From Candidatus Dormiibacterota bacterium (GTDB lineage: Bacteria; Patescibacteriota; Saccharimonadia; Saccharimonadales; UBA4665), in NCBI GenBank assembly GCA_035534895.1, contig DATLRC010000006.1, forward strand, positions 11,983 to 75,982: a stretch of DNA of 64,000 nucleotides, given 5' to 3'. Under the pieces are notes generated by a model, which worked only from the letters and a program-made list of their open reading frames with translations, made no database searches and had not been told where the DNA came from. Both the position numbers and the translations under genes were made by a program. Below are positions 63,270 to 64,000 of this stretch, piece by piece. Numbering within the stretch: position 1 is the first letter of the stretch; each line of letters starts with the position of its first letter.

Positions 63270-64000
63270 CTTGTTTTTTGCGATGTTGTTTGATGAGAAG
63301 TTCACTCAGTTCGCTAGAGCTAACTTTCTGTTCGCTACCGCTAGATAGATCCTTGAGCGTAAAGAGATCTTCCGTTAATTCCTTCTCACCGATAATGAGA
63401 ACGTTCATTAGGCCGTTTTTCTGGGCAGCTTTTAATTGGTCACCTAATTTGCGTCCTGAGAAGTCAACGGCAAGATTCAAGCCCTGCCGACGCAGGCCTG
63501 TAAGTAAGCTTGAGCACTTATCGTAGACTGGCCCAATCAAGGCTACCCAAATATCTGTTTCTGAGCTAAGTTGTGGTAGTAGATGGTGTCCCTCGAGGAA
63601 ATTGCTCAAAGTAACGTCACCCATGCCAAAACCGACTGTCGGTATGGGGTCAACTCCGAACAGTCCGACCAAGCCGTCATAACGCCCGCCACCGAATAAC
63701 GAACGATTATTGTCTGGGTGGGTATCAAAGATTTCAAAAACAATATCAGTATAGTAGTCAAAGCCACGCATCAGGCTAGGATCAAATTGGGCATTTTTTA
63801 TACCTGCTTTTTTTAAACGATCAATTAGCTGTTCTAGTTGAATAGCAGAAGCATGAGTTGACAGCAGTTTGGGCAGATCTCTAAAGTCCTTGGCCCCTAA
63901 GACATCAAGTAGTTTTTCAGTTGCTCCATTTTGTTTGCTTTCAGCACTCAGTAAGCTATCGGCTTGTGAGATAAACTCTGTCCGCTCCAACTTGTGCATT
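63256..64000 (-). CDS. hisS: Histidine--tRNA ligase, C-terminal roughly 250 aa; the gene runs off the window end
   Basis: RGFDYYTDIVFE and GGGRYDGL (class II motif 3), followed by an anticodon-binding domain. The reading frame is open to the window edge. Confidence 0.88.
   Translation of the reverse strand, partial: MHKLERTEFISQADSLLSAESKQNGATEKLLDVLGAKDFRDLPKLLSTHASAIQLEQLIDRLKKAGIKNAQFDPSLMRGFDYYTDIVFEIFDTHPDNNRSLFGGGRYDGLVGLFGVDPIPTVGFGMGDVTLSNFLEGHHLLPQLSSETDIWVALIGPVYDKCSSLLTGLRRQGLNLAVDFSGRKLGDQLKAAQKNGLMNVLIIGEKELTEDLFTLKDLSSGSEQKVSSSELSELLIKQHRKKQDDSH

Overview
The window is a gene-dense stretch (about 95% coding, mostly minus strand) of a small bacterial genome, and it carries much of the core information-processing machinery. 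In minus-strand transcription order (high to low coordinates) it reads as follows.

- hisS (partial), a YdjM-like membrane protein, tig, clpP and a GNAT.
- rpoB-rpoC joined directly to the str operon (rpsL-rpsG-fusA-tuf).
- A complete S10-spc-alpha ribosomal superoperon (rpsJ to rplQ), then rplM-rpsI.
- trpS, an rluD-like gene, holB and a TPR protein.
- A tRNA-Thr/Tyr/Thr cluster, then rpmG.
- A roughly 10 kb interruption holding a plus-strand alpha-glucan operon (GT4-GH57-GH15), tRNA-Trp, a P-loop kinase, a DUF45 hydrolase, an orphan histidine kinase and a membrane GT2.
- secE-nusG-rplK-rplA.
- A P-loop kinase, a plus-strand MprF-like gene, and dcd with a tmk-thyX fusion gene.
- A block of unknown small genes, then rplJ-rplL.
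- A 169-aa hypothetical protein, dnaX, dnaB, a polytopic membrane protein, ybaB, recR and a partial DHH phosphoesterase.

Several traits fit a Patescibacteria/CPR genome, possibly Saccharibacteria-like. This is an inference, not something I could test:
- there is no room for rpmD (L30) between rpsE and rplO;
- adk and map are missing from the spc operon;
- many ribosomal proteins have Lys-rich tails;
- gene overlaps are tight.

TGA is used as a stop codon, so the standard bacterial code applies. I saw no rRNA, CRISPR array, transposase or integrase.

Most notable observations:
1. Small, acidic ORFs of unknown function sit in the gaps I examined between conserved genes of the str and L11 operons. 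Each begins within 11 nt after, or overlapping, the preceding stop codon.
2. A thymidylate module is compressed into two overlapping genes: dcd, plus a Tmk fused to a tandem ThyX.
3. An attenuator-like leader with mutually exclusive helices precedes an operon of three unknown small genes.
4. Cys-less (zinc-independent) forms of L36, L33 and S14, and a RecR lacking its C4 zinc finger.
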